Source of the DNA: Octopus vulgaris
Lineage: Eukaryota
Assembly (NCBI GenBank): GCA_951406725.2
Contig: OX597823.1
Location: forward strand, 63,302,001-63,366,000
Reading direction: 5' to 3'
DNA length: 64,000 nucleotides
A model generated the notes under the pieces. It was not told where the DNA came from, did no database searches, and saw only the letters and a program-made list of their open reading frames with translations. The position numbers and the translations under genes are program-made. Below, piece by piece: positions 28,611-42,529 of the stretch (within the stretch, counting starts at the first letter, position 1; each line of letters begins with the position of its first letter).

Positions 28611-30940
28611 GTTTCCCCTTTCAGACTTGTCCCTTGTAGCCATTGGTGTGTTAGATTTTGGTCAATATCTGGCTTGGACAGGCGGTTAGGGTATTTACCA
28701 TGCAAAAGTTTACCTTTCCAGTTGTCTTCGACATTATTCATACAACTTCTTCGATTTTTGTTTCGCGTTTTTTTTTTTACCAATGATAGGTTTATCACTG
28801 TTTGGATCTCTTTGGTTTTACTGATTGTTAATTTCTAAATCAGGAGAAGCAATAGTAGGTCTGTCAGTATTTGGATGTCTTTGGTCATTTTTATTGTTAT
28901 TTTGTAGGCCAAGAGATTTAAAAAATTTCCGACTAAGCTTTATGACTGAAGCTTGCTTGGAATCTTCATGTTTCTGTGCAGTTCGTAAGAGCACGTCACT
29001 TGTAGTAAAGTACGTTTCAAGGCTCACTTTTGATAATTTGATGGATTGTTCGAACTGTATCAGGTTTCTTCCACTTATTTTTCTTGGGAGATAAATCCTG
29101 TCTACATCTGATTTTGGATAGTGCATTCGGTACCTTGTAAAGATTTTACGTATCTTTCCATCTATATTCTGTATGTCAGTGAGACTCCACTTAATAATAC
29201 CGAAGCTATATATGGTTACTGGTATGGCCAAAGAATTGATCGCATTAATTCTGTTAGCAGCGTTCAGTTCTGAGTATAGGACCGTTCTTACCCTTTGGTA
29301 GCATTCCTTGCGTATTTTCTTTTTCATTTTAGAGTGCTGGATACCATCACCTTCATTGGTTCCCAGATATTTGTATATTTCGGATTGGTCTATGTTTTCT
29401 TCCTTTATGAACTTCCCTGCCTTGAAAGTAGCCTTTGCACATTTATCAAGTCCGAATTCCATATCAGAGTTGAATTCTTTGACAATATTCAGGAGCTCTT
29501 CTAATTCTTTGTCGTTTTTAGCAAACAATTTTAGATCATCCATATAGAGTAGATGACTAATTTTTTGGTCAAAGATCTTATACCCTCTTTTAGCATTATT
29601 CAGTTGCGTTGATAAAGGTAACAGAGCGAGGTAGAATAGTAATGGTGATAATAAGTCGCATTGAAAGATACCACAGGCGATATTGATATCTGGTGAGGTG
29701 ATATATCATTGTGTATGGTTTAAAATGAGGGTGGTTCTCCACGAATTCATGATAACGGCTAAGTTGTGGTGGGTGTTCATTAGAGAGTTTAGCCAAAAAT
29801 TTGGAATCTTATCTATACCTGGGGATTTCCATCTCTTTGACTTGGCGAGCGCCGCTTTTACTTCTTCAGTTGTTATATCCTGCCATTCTTGATATTTGAG
29901 GTGGGCATTGGCCTCTTCTATATCCCTGACCCAATGTGCACTCTGATTAAACTTCTTTGGATTACTCCAGATGTCTTTTCAAAAATCTTTAGTTTGCTGC
30001 TGGGGAGGAGGTGTTTTCACAGTAATGGTATTTTCCCCCAGTTCCCTGTAGACTTTTTTGTGTTCTCCTTGAATAGTTATGTTTTGTCTGTGGAATGCTG
30101 AGCGTTTTTTGTATCTTGCCAGTCTTAATTGTAGTTTTTGTTTGAGGAGAATTTCAATCTGTGTATCCTTTCTTTTCCTGTAAAGGTCATGTTTAGCAAT
30201 TATGTTTATTGTTTGTTGGATTTATTATTTTTACCTTTGCTTGTTTCAAGTAGAAAAGATAGATCTGCTCTTAGTCGGATTATTTGCCGGTTTATTTTTT
30301 CCATCCACGCAGGCTGTTTGTGTACATTGCACTATTTTTGTCTATCTCTAATTTTAATACCGAATTTCTGAGTTGCAACACAAGCAGCAGCTGAATCAAT
30401 GAGTTGATCAATCACTTCGAGGGCATTTCCTCTACTATTCTCAAGGAGTTGTCTTAACAGCTTGCCAAGTGCTTAATCAACTTCTTTGATTATTTGTCTC
30501 TTCTTATTAGTATTAATAATTTGGGGAAGTGACGCTCTTTCGTGGAAAGGTCGATATAGTAGTATTAGATATTATTCTAGTATTCCATCTAACAGTTCAT
30601 TGCTGATGTGATCATTTATAGTATTTTCAGTATCAGCTGATGGTCCACCTTCATAGGGTTCTGCGTACCCAGTTTGCTGGTTTGTGTTAATGATTCCAGA
30701 GCTTTTTGCCTGTGGGTGTGAGTGTGTGCTATACTGGGCTGACTTTTGACTGATCTGACTATTTTATCAATTTTGCTGTCAGTCTTTTATTTTTAAGGAT
30801 AACACCTCTCACAGCTCCTAGTTTATTACAGTCCATGTACAGTCTGCTATGCAGGTTTTTGCACTTCCAGATAGTGTAGATATCTTTCTGCGTGGTTGAT
30901 GTTTCTGGGTTTAATGTTGAATAATAATAAGCATGTATGT
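28611..30940 (-). mobile_element. R4/Dong-like LINE, third family, degenerate and 3'-truncated; probable 5' region continues at ~31156-31515
   Basis: HLLYMDDLKLFAKN, MEFGLDKC, YKYLG, AINSLAIPV, SDVDRIYLPRK, WKGKLLHGKY, QWLQGTSLKGET; WKSPGID motif near 29815-29835. Confidence 0.88.
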
Positions 30941-31140
30941 CACCATCATAGATCGGTAGCCACTACACACATTTTTTCTCTCCTTGTTTCTCTCCTTGTT
31001 TCTTTCTGTGTTCCTTTCTGTGGAAGAGCGTAGGCTCGAAATGTAAAAGACTTTTTCAATTCCTGAGCGTTATACTAATACATCTGTTTGTTTTCTACAC
31101 TACCTGTCTTCGTCTTTTGTTTTTTTCGTGAATTTTCCCT
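30941..31140 (+). mobile_element. Solo Penelope terminal-repeat fragment with HHR variant
   Basis: Homologous to the reverse complement of ~17772-18000; ends in (TA)n. Confidence 0.8.
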
Positions 31141-31580
31141 ATATATATATATATATTCCTCCTTAGTTCATTTCTACCTTGTATTTCTATTTCTTTGAGA
31201 TAGGTTTGGTAGTTGATCCTGAGCTTCAGTTTAGGCAATATCCCTGGTTTGATTTGCTACAGGTTCTTGTGGTGGTTGGTCCTGATTTAAAGACTTTTCG
31301 AGCTCAGTGTCAGAACCTAAGGTCACTGATGAAAGCGTTCTTCGAACGACACGGGTTCTAGGGGACATTTCCATGGTTGGTATCCAGGGCCATGCTACAA
31401 GCGCACAGAGTTAACCAGTTGTCTGGTTCCTTGGGTAAGGTTCAGAGGTTCCAGGTGAGGAATTATTTTGAGAAATTTTAAATTAGTTCATGTCATGACC
31501 TACTACCTGGAAGGTGTCAAATGGCAGGCCGACAGAATTCACGTTGCATCGTAGAAAGAGGCAGATATTGAATTGACAGC

Positions 31581-31666
<86 letters not shown>

Positions 31667-31854
31667 CAGAGACAGAGACAGAGACATGAAGACGAAAGAC
31701 TGAATAGTCTCCAATTAGCATTGCCACCGAGATATTTCTAGTAGGTTGGTGATGGCGTTGGCGGCGGTGGTGGTAGAAGTAATGGAATTGTACATGTTCC
31801 GTCAGCAGGATGTAAACGCTGTCGCATGTGTATCTTTGTCTCCAGGAAAATCAC

Positions 31855-31900
<46 letters not shown>

Positions 31901-31903
<3 letters not shown>

Positions 31904-32450
31904 GAGTGAGAGAGCAGTTCATGCCATCAAAGTGACACTGGGGTAAAATATACGAAGCCCAATATACCCATCATGACTACCCATCTGATAAGGGTACACC
32001 AGGCACATGCATCACAACCATATGTGCGCGACATGGTGATCCCATATCAAGATAAGCAGCACATGACCTTGCAGGTGGGGCCCAGTTAGAATTTTCTTCA
32101 GGTTGAGTAGCCCATCCCGCTCAAAAGGTCCCTGAATAAGGGTTGTTTAAGGATGTTGAAAGAACCACCCATGTTTCCAGAGGTGAATTATTCAAACCCC
32201 AAAGAATCCCTCTCAACACATGGCTATGATGCTCCCCCACTACTTCTGCTTGTGATCAGAGTTGCACATATCGTCAGCCACTAAGGACATGCTCAACTGG
32301 TTAAGGTCAAACAACTGACAAGCAAATCTGTGGTATTGAGCAGAATATTTGCTGTAGCCCATCTTTTATACCAAGACAAAACAATGTACATGATAACACT
32401 TCCAATCAGTTAAGATCAGAAGCCATGAGAGCCACTGCCTGGTACTGCAT
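31901..32450 (-). repeat. Unclassified interspersed repeat ending in (TAA)n, possibly a LINE 3' UTR or SINE
   Basis: Complex, more GC-rich block bounded by (TTA)n and (CTT)n arrays; single copy in the window, so classification is inferred. Confidence 0.4.
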
Positions 32451-32664
<214 letters not shown>

Positions 32665-32959
32665 GTGCGATCAGGAAGTAAAAGAGGCGTCACACAAGTA
32701 AAAGCGACCAATGAGAGCGATACCTTGGACTTGGAAAGGACCAACTCATCATGTTCTGTTTTAATTAAAAATAGAAAGAAAAAAAATAACACACACACGC
32801 ACACGCACACACACACGCACACACACACACACACACATTTATATAATGGTCTCTCCCGTCGTTAGACGACGTATGAGGATTCAACAATTTCTTACCGAAC
32901 AACCACACAGATGATTTGTTTATAGTGATCAAATGTTTGTGTAGACATAAGCTCACTCA

Positions 32960-33146
32960 CTCCATCAAATCATCTTTACCTGTACAGGTGCAACTGGGTG
33001 CCGCAGGTGAGATGTTGAAATGATCGCAGAGCAACATGAAATGAAGTGCTTTGGTGAAAAACACAACGCAGTCCCCGGTCTGGGAATCGAACCCACGATC
33101 TCGCAACCGTGAGCGCAACACCCTAACCACTAAGCCATGCGCCTTC
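32960..33146 (-). mobile_element. tRNA-derived SINE related to family A
   Basis: Minus head GAAGGCGCATGGCTTAGTGGTTAGGGTG...GGGTTCGATTCCCAGACCGG. Confidence 0.8.
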
Positions 33147-33175
33147 ACACACAGACACACAGACACACACACAGA

Positions 33176-33244
<69 letters not shown>

Positions 33245-33617
33245 CGTTGAATTTTTCTTGCCTTTTTATAGGCTTTGTCGTTGTTTAGTTTTCGTAATTG
33301 TGCAGTTTGTATATGTTTGCAGTTTGTTTTTATCTCCTAAAATTTCAAAGTTTTTAAAAATGATCGTTTGTGTGTTCGGCTAGAGAATATTGTAGATATG
33401 TAAGATTTTCAACTTATTTTGGAGGAAACTTTTGTCGTGCGTTTAATACTGTTGTTGCAATAATAGGTATGCTTACATATTTGAGTAAATAGGGGAAAAA
33501 GAAGGGCAACATTTTCACAGATAATTAACCTGGAAAAGAAAAAAACCCACGAAACAAAACTCCTTTACTGATAAACTCAGATATTCCCGGTGACCCAGCG
33601 AGTCACGGGTATTCTAG
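33245..33617 (+). mobile_element. Helitron 3' end fragment (5' boundary uncertain)
   Basis: ACCCAGCGAGTCACGGGT hairpin then ATTCTAG|T. Confidence 0.55.
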
Positions 33618-33621
33618 TTAA

Positions 33622-33670
<49 letters not shown>

Positions 33671-33672
<2 letters not shown>

Positions 33673-33880
33673 GGCGGTGAACTGGCAGAATCGTTAGCGC
33701 GTCGGACGAAATGCTTAGCGGTATTTCGACCGTCGCTACCTTCTGAGTTCAAATTCTGCCGAGGTCGACTTCACCTTTCATCCTTTCGGGGTCGATAAAA
33801 TAAGTACCACTGGAAGTCGATGTGATCGACTCATCGCCATCCCCCAAATTACTGTCCTAGTGGCAAGATTTGAAACCATT
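33671..33880 (+). mobile_element. SINE family C, short-tail subfamily
   Basis: AAGGCGGTGAACTGGCAGAA head; tail ...AAGATTTGAAACC; inserted in (TTA)n. Confidence 0.88.
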
Positions 33881-33990
33881 ATTATTACTATTATTATGAA
33901 GGCTTTTGTCAATTAAAAACTAGCTTGGAAAACCGATGTTAAATTATGAGGATGACCAGCACCGCCTCCCACTGTCCGTGTCGCTGCTGC

Positions 33991-34119
33991 CGTGCCGCTA
34001 CCGCCGTCGTGCCGCTACAGCCGTCGTGCCGCTACCGCCGCCGTGCCGCTACCGCCGCCGTGCCGCTACCGCCGCCGTGCCGCTACCGCCATCGTGCCGC
34101 TACCGCCGCCGTGCCGCCT
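33991..34119. repeat. GC-rich 17-bp minisatellite CGTGCCGCTACCGCCGY, about 7.5 copies
   Basis: Directly visible. Confidence 0.9.
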
Positions 34120-34598
34120 TCGTCGCCGCACCACCTTCGCCGCTGCTTGCCTTCGCCGCCACCTTCATTGCTGCCGCCGCTGCTTGCCTTCGCTGCCGTC
34201 TCCATCGCTGTCACCTCCACCACCACCACCACCACCACCTCCACCGCCGCGGTGTTGAAACAAAAGGTAAAAGATAAATATACTAAAAGAAACAAACAAT
34301 CTACTTCGGCGTGAGGTTTACACATAATATAAATCTCACTTTTACTAGACTCGCACCAACACAACAAGTCTAATAAATTCAGAGAAGTCATTTGTATCAA
34401 TTATATTTTTCACAGAAACACGCCCAGTTGAAGTGATTGTAGACTTGTTAGCTAAGACACTATTGCATTCTTGTGAATAGCTGTGAGAACTTTTCTATAA
34501 GTTATATGCGTGTGTTATGGACGGAAGTAATATAACTACACACACTCACAAGCACACATATATACACACATAAATACATATATACAAACATACATACA

Positions 34599-34634
<36 letters not shown>

Positions 34635-34643
34635 TAGATACAA

Positions 34644-34787
<144 letters not shown>

Positions 34788-34788
34788 A

Positions 34789-36044
34789 CGAGGGGCGTTC
34801 AATAAGTAATGCCTCTGACCCACTTCCCATAGCAGTAGAGCAACCACATTTGGCACAGTTATTAGTCTTTTCCTACATAGGAACTACCCAGAGTTATGCA
34901 TTTCTCCCATCGTTTGATACAGCTCTGGAGACCGTTTTTGTAGAAGACCCCAGCTTGGTCCTCCAACCACGACCTGACTTCAGAAATCAAGGCTGCATCA
35001 TCTGGGAAACGCTTTCCTTTCAAAATCAACTTCATGGCTGGGAAGAGGTGAAAATCAGAGGGTGCAAGGGGAGGAGTTCATAGCTGCACGCCTGTGCTTC
35101 TGATCTGGCGACACGCGAGTTGTGGACCGGAGCGTTGTCCTGCAGGAGGAGGATGCCTTTGCTGATCTTGCCCCGCCTCTTGATTTTGATAGCTTCTCTT
35201 AATTTCCTCAAAAGTGAAGCATAATAGGCTCCTGTAATTGTGGTACCCTTTGCCAGGAAATCTGTCATCACTACTCCGTCCTGGTCCCAGAAGACTGTGA
35301 GCATAACCTTGTCAGCGGAGGGCTGCACCCTTGCCTTCTTTGGAGGAGGTGAGTCACGGTGCTTTCACTGCATTGACTGGGCTTTGGTCTATGGATCATA
35401 GTGATGGACCCAGGTTTGTGTGATCAGTCTTTTGAAAAATTTTGACTCATCTTCTTGGCACATCTCCAAATTCATCCTCGAGCACTCAACGCGTTCTTGC
35501 TTCTGGAAAGGTGTGAGCAACCCGGAAATCCATCTGGCAGACACCTTTTGCATATGCAAATGGTCATGAATGATAGTTTCCACAGACCCGGTACTAATCT
35601 TGACCTTATGGGCTATTTGGCGAATAGTTATGCGTTGACCTTCCAAAATGGCAGCCTCAACTTGACGGACAGACGTCTCATCAACGGCAGAAGGGAGCGA
35701 CCAGATCTGGGAGCTGTTTCCACAGAGTTCCGACTATGTTGGAATTCACAATGCCAGCGTTTTACAAGGTCATATGATGGGGCATCATCACCATAAGTTA
35801 CTTCATCAAAAGTCTCCCGTTGTGTGCGTCCTTTCAAATACAAAATTCAGATCACTGCTCGACACTCAACAGGCTCCATTTCACACTTGACTCAGTTCAA
35901 ACACCTGTAAATCAGAAACCACAATTAGTTCAGAGCTGTAATTCGCCACTTAATCTATAGAGGTATAAATAAGTGCACATGCAAAATTTCAGCTAGATCA
36001 AACAACTGCAAGTGGGTCAGGGGCATTACTTATTGAACGCCCCT

Positions 36045-36046
<2 letters not shown>
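34789..36046 (-). mobile_element. Full-length mariner transposon with frameshifted transposase
   Basis: ~36-bp TIRs CGAGGGGCGTTCAATAAGTAATGCCYCTGACCCACTT; TA at right, CA at left; fragments YGDDAPSY, RSGR, KVSARWI, WVHHYDP, KVMLTVFWD, QDNAPVH. Confidence 0.95.
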
Positions 36047-36081
<35 letters not shown>

Positions 36082-36209
36082 GTATATGTATATAAAGATA
36101 AAACTCACTTGGAAATGGGTGCGTGGCACTCAATCAAGCAACAATACAAATAATACACACATACACGTATGCACATGCACACATATGCATGTGTACAGGA
36201 TGCATATAC

Positions 36210-36535
36210 GAGTACAGGTCGTCGTAAAACGTAAACAACATGAAATACGAAAATAACGAGAGAAACAAATGGGAAACAAGACAAGTAACATAAAAAAACG
36301 ACCCTTCATCAGTTGTCGGCTGTCCTTCCACTCCTTGTTTCGAGCAATGGAAGACAAAATAAGACTTTGAAGGCAGTTGCTTCCGCGAGCCAAAATAAAA
36401 TTTGGGATTTGCGGAGGGTGAAAGTCGGTGACAAAAACAGGACACAAATCAAACCAAACGAATACAAACAGGCAGGGTCGTTAGGCTCAGACAAGATAAG
36501 GTAGCAAACACTGGAAGAAGATTCTTTGAGGCGTA
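36210..36535. repeat. Unclassified structured repeat between microsatellites
   Basis: Complex block flanked by (TA)/(CA) arrays; no ORF; single copy here. Confidence 0.3.
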
Positions 36536-36598
36536 CCTGTATACGTTTATATGTGTGTATGTGTGTGCGCATATATATGTACATATAGTATTTGTGTG

Positions 36599-36631
<33 letters not shown>

Positions 36632-36725
36632 GTATATATATATTATATATATACATTATATATATATATCATATATATAAATCATATATATGTATATTTA
36701 TCATATATGTGTGTATATATATATA

Positions 36726-36789
<64 letters not shown>

Positions 36790-36791
<2 letters not shown>

Positions 36792-37086
36792 GGCTTCTTT
36801 CGAAGAATGAACAGTGACGAATTGATTTCTTTCTTTTACAGAGCTTACAGACATAGGTTTTTACATTCATACTGTCACCACATGTAGTGAGGCCACATAA
36901 TGAATTACAATTTTCCCAAATTTGCATATTCATAATTAGTCGACGACGTGCCAGCCACTGAAGAATTTTGTCTTCTGCTTTGCTTAATCGAGTGATATTC
37001 CAAGATTCCTCCAAAATTGACTCAGGGTTGAGGACTTCAAGTTTAGGAACAATGAATTGCCGTGCAGCTGGTCTTCCACGTGCCAT
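36790..37086 (-). pseudogene. Merlin (ISXO2/IS1595-like) transposase N-terminal fragment
   Basis: LQWLARRRLI...NC...[22 protein letters not shown] matches the zinc-binding CxxC...SIR..SFF..S motif; truncated by (TA)n. Confidence 0.7.
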
Positions 37087-37712
37087 TTCGAAAGTAAAGA
37101 ATGGGAGAATATATTTCAGTGTAAGTAAACAAGTTTGGAGAATGATTTCGATGAAAAGAACGATAACCTAATTATCTCCCCTTTAATTTACTTCTTTAAT
37201 CACCAAATATTGAAAAATCTACTTCAACATATTTTGTGTGAGCCATGTAAGCTTTGAAACAAGTGGACGTTAAAAGAAAATGATGATAATATATACAATT
37301 TAAAAGTGAGACAGAAAGTATAGCACATTACCAAAAGATTTGAGCTTACTTTTGCAGTTAATACTGAGTAAGTGAGCCTAACGATTGGTGCAATAGCTGC
37401 GAAGTACAGAAAAGTATGTGTGTTTATGTCTATGTCTGTTCTGCCACCGTTTAGCAAAAGCTGTTTGGTTACGTCCGTAAATATTAGAAATTTCCAGAAA
37501 TTTAAATTAATTACGGTGTTTAGATGAAATACACAAGAAAGAAGTAAATGTGAAGAAGTAAATAAAAGAAGTTAGGATCTTGTAGGAAACAGAAGTAGTG
37601 GAGGAAGTAGAAATGTAAATATAAAAGAGATTTTTCAATAATATGACATGTAAATTTGCCTAATAGTGGTTTTATCTCTAATTTATATATATAATTTGTA
37701 TATATAATGCGT

Positions 37713-37755
<43 letters not shown>

Positions 37756-37769
37756 ATGCGTATATATAT

Positions 37770-38643
37770 ATAATGTGTGCATTATGTGGTCGGTTGTGCT
37801 GAAAATATGCACGCCTATTGGAAAAGTGCTGGTGAGTTTGCATGGCAACTATTTTTTTCGTCAAATGAAAGGCCAAAATTCCTCATCTTATAAAATGTGG
37901 CCCGAGTAGACCCGAATGAAATCAGGTTATATTAACCAAAATGTGAAAAGAGGTCTAAATGGGGTTTTGAAGGGGATTAACATTTACAGGAGCGGATGTT
38001 TAGGAATTCTGTTACATGAAGCTAAAAAATTTGCGCCAGCCTTTAAATCGTCAATGTGTTGCCGTCCATGATGAAGAAGTTTTGAATGCTTGCCATGGTA
38101 AGTCTACCGTTGTGAGAAAGAATCACTTCAAAGCTTGGTGTTTAGGAATTTTCTTTTACATCAAGTTCAAAATTTTACGCCAGACGTTAAATTGCCACTA
38201 CGTTGCTGTCCGTCGTTAAGAAATGCCAGCCATGGTGACTCTACTATCCTCAGATTCTATCCCTTCAAACTTTGGTTTCCAATTTTTTTTTTTTTTTATT
38301 CAGCTCGCAAGTGCGTCTGTCCCTTTTAAATGTTAGTGTTTTGCTGTCTGCCTTGAAGCAGACCTTTCCGTTGTCACTGCCTGATATTTATGATTGATCT
38401 TTCAAAGTATTTTATTTCTCAACTTACTCAAGATCTTTTGTTGTTTATAAATGGGAGAGGTAGATAGATAGAGAAAGATAGAGAGTAAGAGAAAGCGAGA
38501 GAGAGTCCGAGGGAAAGGAAGAGTAAAAGAGTTGGAAAGGGAGAGAGAAAGGAGAGAGAAACAAAGAGAGAGAATGTGGTGATAAAAAACAGAAAGTAAC
38601 AACCACACTCTTACCCGCGCGTAGAACGGGTCACCGTAAGCTA

Positions 38644-38644
<1 letters not shown>
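37770..38644 (+). mobile_element. Helitron-derived segment sharing the 3' end of 9461-11181 (5' boundary uncertain)
   Basis: ACCCGCGCGTAGAACGGGTCACCGTAAGCTAG|T; degenerate internal ~140-bp duplication (TGTTTAGGAATT near 37997 and 38139). Confidence 0.65.
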
Positions 38645-38701
<57 letters not shown>

Positions 38702-38704
<3 letters not shown>

Positions 38705-39327
38705 ATCATATCAAAGGGAAATGGAAATTAATAGAAATTTTCATTTCCAGTGACGTAGCATGTAAAAATTTGGTCCAAAAATTAACAGTGTACATTTAAA
38801 CACATAAGGAATCCACTCATGGGATTCAACATGCTAGAAAGAACAGCTAGGTTCTATAACCACAAAATTGGGGATAAAGTTCGACAGGAACGAAATGAAA
38901 AAATAAAAACATTTTACTATCTAATTTGCTGGACCAATTGGTTTCTGATTTTAGTTTAGCAAGTAAATAACTTTTACTCGCAAGGTGAAATCGTTTTCAA
39001 CAGGTACACCTTAGATTAAATATATAAACACGAGGCGATCAACTATGTGCCCCTTGTTTATACATCCTAATCTTTTCAAAATCTAACTGCGCAGACGCAG
39101 TCCTTCGCCGGCAATAAAAATATGCCAACTTTTAAAAATCGAAAATTATCTAAAAACTTACAATACTTAATCATATCAAAGGGAATGGAAATTAATAGAA
39201 ATTTTCATTTCCAGTGGCGTAGCATGTAAAAATTTAGTCCAAAGACTATGTATTAGTCATATAATACAGTGTACATTTAAAGACATAAGGAATCCACTCA
39301 AGGGATTTAAAAATGCTTGAAAGAACA

Positions 39328-39332
<5 letters not shown>
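38702..39332. repeat. ~465-bp unit present as ~1.35 tandem copies between (TA)n arrays
   Basis: TTAATCATATCAAAGGGAA(A)TGGAAATTAATAG at 38702 and 39167; inverse copy at 62270-62730. Confidence 0.85.
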
Positions 39333-39374
<42 letters not shown>

Positions 39375-39457
39375 TCATATATACATACATTTATGTATGT
39401 GTGTGTGTGTCGTCTTCTAAATGCTTCACGTTCTTGTCCCAGTTTGTATTTTTTTAC

Positions 39458-39554
<97 letters not shown>

Positions 39555-39592
39555 CGCACACACGCACACACACACAATACACACGCACATAT

Positions 39593-40389
39593 ATGGTGTT
39601 TGGGCTAAATTTGACGTTTTTTGTGCCTCATTTTTCTTAGAGACAGCTTGATGCATTGGTGAATAGTCAACTGCGTCGGAGAGTATAAAGATGAAAGATG
39701 TATCTGTAAAAAAGTTAACTGACACAGAAGGATGGAAGGAATGTGAATACTAGAAAAGAGTTACCTGCATTATGAGGATTCGAATCGGGTGTCAAAATGC
39801 CGACATCATGACTGATACTCAATGCTCTGTGAACGATGTAAAGACTCTAAGACGAGACATGGATATCATGATGATCAAGTTCCCACAGACGGTGATGTCT
39901 TTGGATGTCTCCAGTGAAGGTAATGTCATACCGCCCCACATATTTGAACGACGCCTAGGACTCAGTTCAGACAGTTATATGAAGCTGCTGGAGACCGTGG
40001 TCAATCTCTGGTTGAAAAGGAATGCTGCTTGAAGGACATATGTGTGACAGTAGGATTCGGTTCTTTGCCATACCTCCTGAAAGGGTCAAAAGTGATTGTC
40101 GATAAATGCTATGATTTCATCAGCCCCAATTTCCAGACCCCTATTTCCCCCGAATGTATTCCCGTGGATTACTATATGTGGGGCGCAGTTGAGTTAGATA
40201 TCAATTTCTCTCTGCAACACCAAGACCGAGATGGTGGCCAAGATCAAAGAAGAACGCTTACACCAGGTTCCGGAGCCGACTTGAAGCCGTGGTGGAAGTT
40301 GAGCAAACTGTTATCTCCATTTACATTTTTGGACGGGATGTGCTTTTTTTCCTTTTATGCAAACTGTCAAATTTAGTCCGAATACGCTG
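39593..40389 (+). mobile_element. Degenerate Tc1/mariner (DD37D-like) element
   Basis: Inverted ends GGCTAAATTTGAC / GTCAAATTTAGTCC; KFPQTVM..VSSEG..PPHIF, SPECIPVDYYMWGAVE. Confidence 0.75.
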
Positions 40390-41182
40390 TGGCTATATAC
40401 GTATGTATGTATGTATGTATGTATGTATGTATGTATGTATGTATGTATGTATGTATGTATGTATGTATGTATACATATATATATGTATGCATATGCACGT
40501 CTGTGTGTCTCTTTATATATAATGTATATATCCACATACATACATACATGCATACATAAATACACACACACACACACACACACACGTACACTCATCCTGA
40601 ACTGCTATTTTCAAACATATCTAGGGTGTTTCGACTAAAACGACCCCCTTTCCTTTTCTTCTTGTGGTCTTCGTTTCTCTTTTGTGCCTGAGAATGTGAA
40701 GCTCATTGTTATTATTTAGCCCCCAACCAGCAACCATCAGACAAAACTTATGAGCAAAGACGTTTCAGCGATAACTCTTTGTTTTATGAAAGTCCAAAAG
40801 GTGTTTTCACGTGCTTTCAAAGAAGCAGTTGGAAAAGTCCAGGCCATTGTGTGGTGCAAAGTAATTTCCGTTGATAAGGTAGAACGTATAGATAGAAGTG
40901 TGTGCTTGGTCTTAAATGCTAAGAACAATGGACACTAGTAAGTCAATCTTGCCCATAGATGGGTGTCTCATTATACGGCAGACTGTTATATAAAAGTTAC
41001 TGACGCGGACATTGATGCGTCCTTGAGATTTAGTTTGTTTCCACTTTTGAGTCATAGGAGGGCAAGTGGGAGAGCCCTCTTTACAGTATTATAGGGTTCG
41101 GGGTGAATTATTGTACTGGGCTCCATTGTACGCTACCCACAACTTACATAGATTAGAGTTGGTGTCCATAGATCCATTTGAA

Positions 41183-41607
41183 GGTGTGTGGTTTTGTGGT
41201 TAGAATGTTGGACTCATGATCGGAAGATTATGGTTTTTTGATTTCTGAACTGGGCGACGCATTGTGTTCTTGAGCAAAACACTTCATTTTACGTTGCTCC
41301 AGTCAAGTCAGCTGGAAAAAATGAGTAAACCTGAGACAGACCGGCGTTCCGTCCAAGTGGGAAACCGCCACGGAAACCTATTTCTTTATTACCCACAAGG
41401 GGCTAAACACAGAGGGGACAAACAAGGACAGACATAGGTATTAAGTCGATTACATCGACCCCAGTGCGTAACTGGTACTTAATTTATCGACCCCGAAAGG
41501 ATGAAAGGCAAAGTCGACCTCGGCGGAATTTGAACTCAGAACGTAACGCAGACGAAATACCACTAAGCATTTCGCCCGGCGTGCTAACGTTTCTGCCAGC
41601 TCGCCAC
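41183..41607. mobile_element. SINE A-like (+, 41183-41378) with SINE C (-, 41378-41607) inserted at its 3' end
   Basis: Family motifs; CGCCACGGAAA and GGAAACCT flank the family C copy. Confidence 0.8.
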
Positions 41608-41941
41608 GGAAAGCGGGAAACCTGTCCTTATAAGTCGGCATAACTCGAGAAAGACACCTATTAACTTTGCTCATAGATCTGAGACTTCCTGGTAACTGCC
41701 CAGTTTGCCCATGTCTTTAAAGATCACTGACCGGTGGGAAATGTGGAAGAGACACGCAACGGCATGTCTTCGAGCGAGACGCGCATGGAAAAGGTAGATC
41801 CCGATTATTACCGAATATCACAAGACTATTCTTGGCCTTTGCGATGCAGTACATTGTAATATCTAACTTCGACACCGTTAAAATAACTGGAGGTAACACT
41901 TCTTCAAACTGATAAGATATCAATCTCTGTCTGTCTGTCCA

Positions 41942-41974
<33 letters not shown>

Positions 41975-42529
41975 GAATATGTATATATATAAAATGTATA
42001 TATATGTATATGCATGTGTGTGTGTGTGTATATACATAAAACATGTATATAAACATATAATTACATTATCAATCGATATTTATTTATATAAAACTATATA
42101 TAAAGATGGAGATATATATATATATTCAAATCGATGCTCGGAATGAACGAATAGATCAGCGGATGATTGATTGCGAATATCGGAATGATTTTTTTCTCCG
42201 GAATAAAAATAGCACAAGAGGCGACGATTGGAAATCGAATCTATCAGACAAATACACAAAAGTGAGATTGATTATCCGTATATTTCATAATTTTTTTCTT
42301 ACCTTCTCTTTCTTTCTTTCTTTCTTTCTTTCTTGGCTAGCTAGTTGTTTGGTCTTGTGGAAAATATCACTGTCTGTTTGTTCCCTTGCTATTTTTCTTG
42401 AATTTGTCTGTCAGCAAACATACATATGTACATGTGTGTTTGTGTGTGTATGTGTGAGTGTGTGTGTGCGTGCGTGCGTGTGTGTTCCAAATTTTGACAT
42501 TGAAAGTTAAAATAACAACGGAATAGGAC

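Noticed and set aside
36300-36350. GAAAC...CTGATGA on minus as a type II hammerhead
   Set aside because: Stems I and III cannot be formed and there is no NUH site.
40690-41170. Complex unique sequence as a possible exon
   Set aside because: Short ORFs with no recognisable motif or convincing splice pair.
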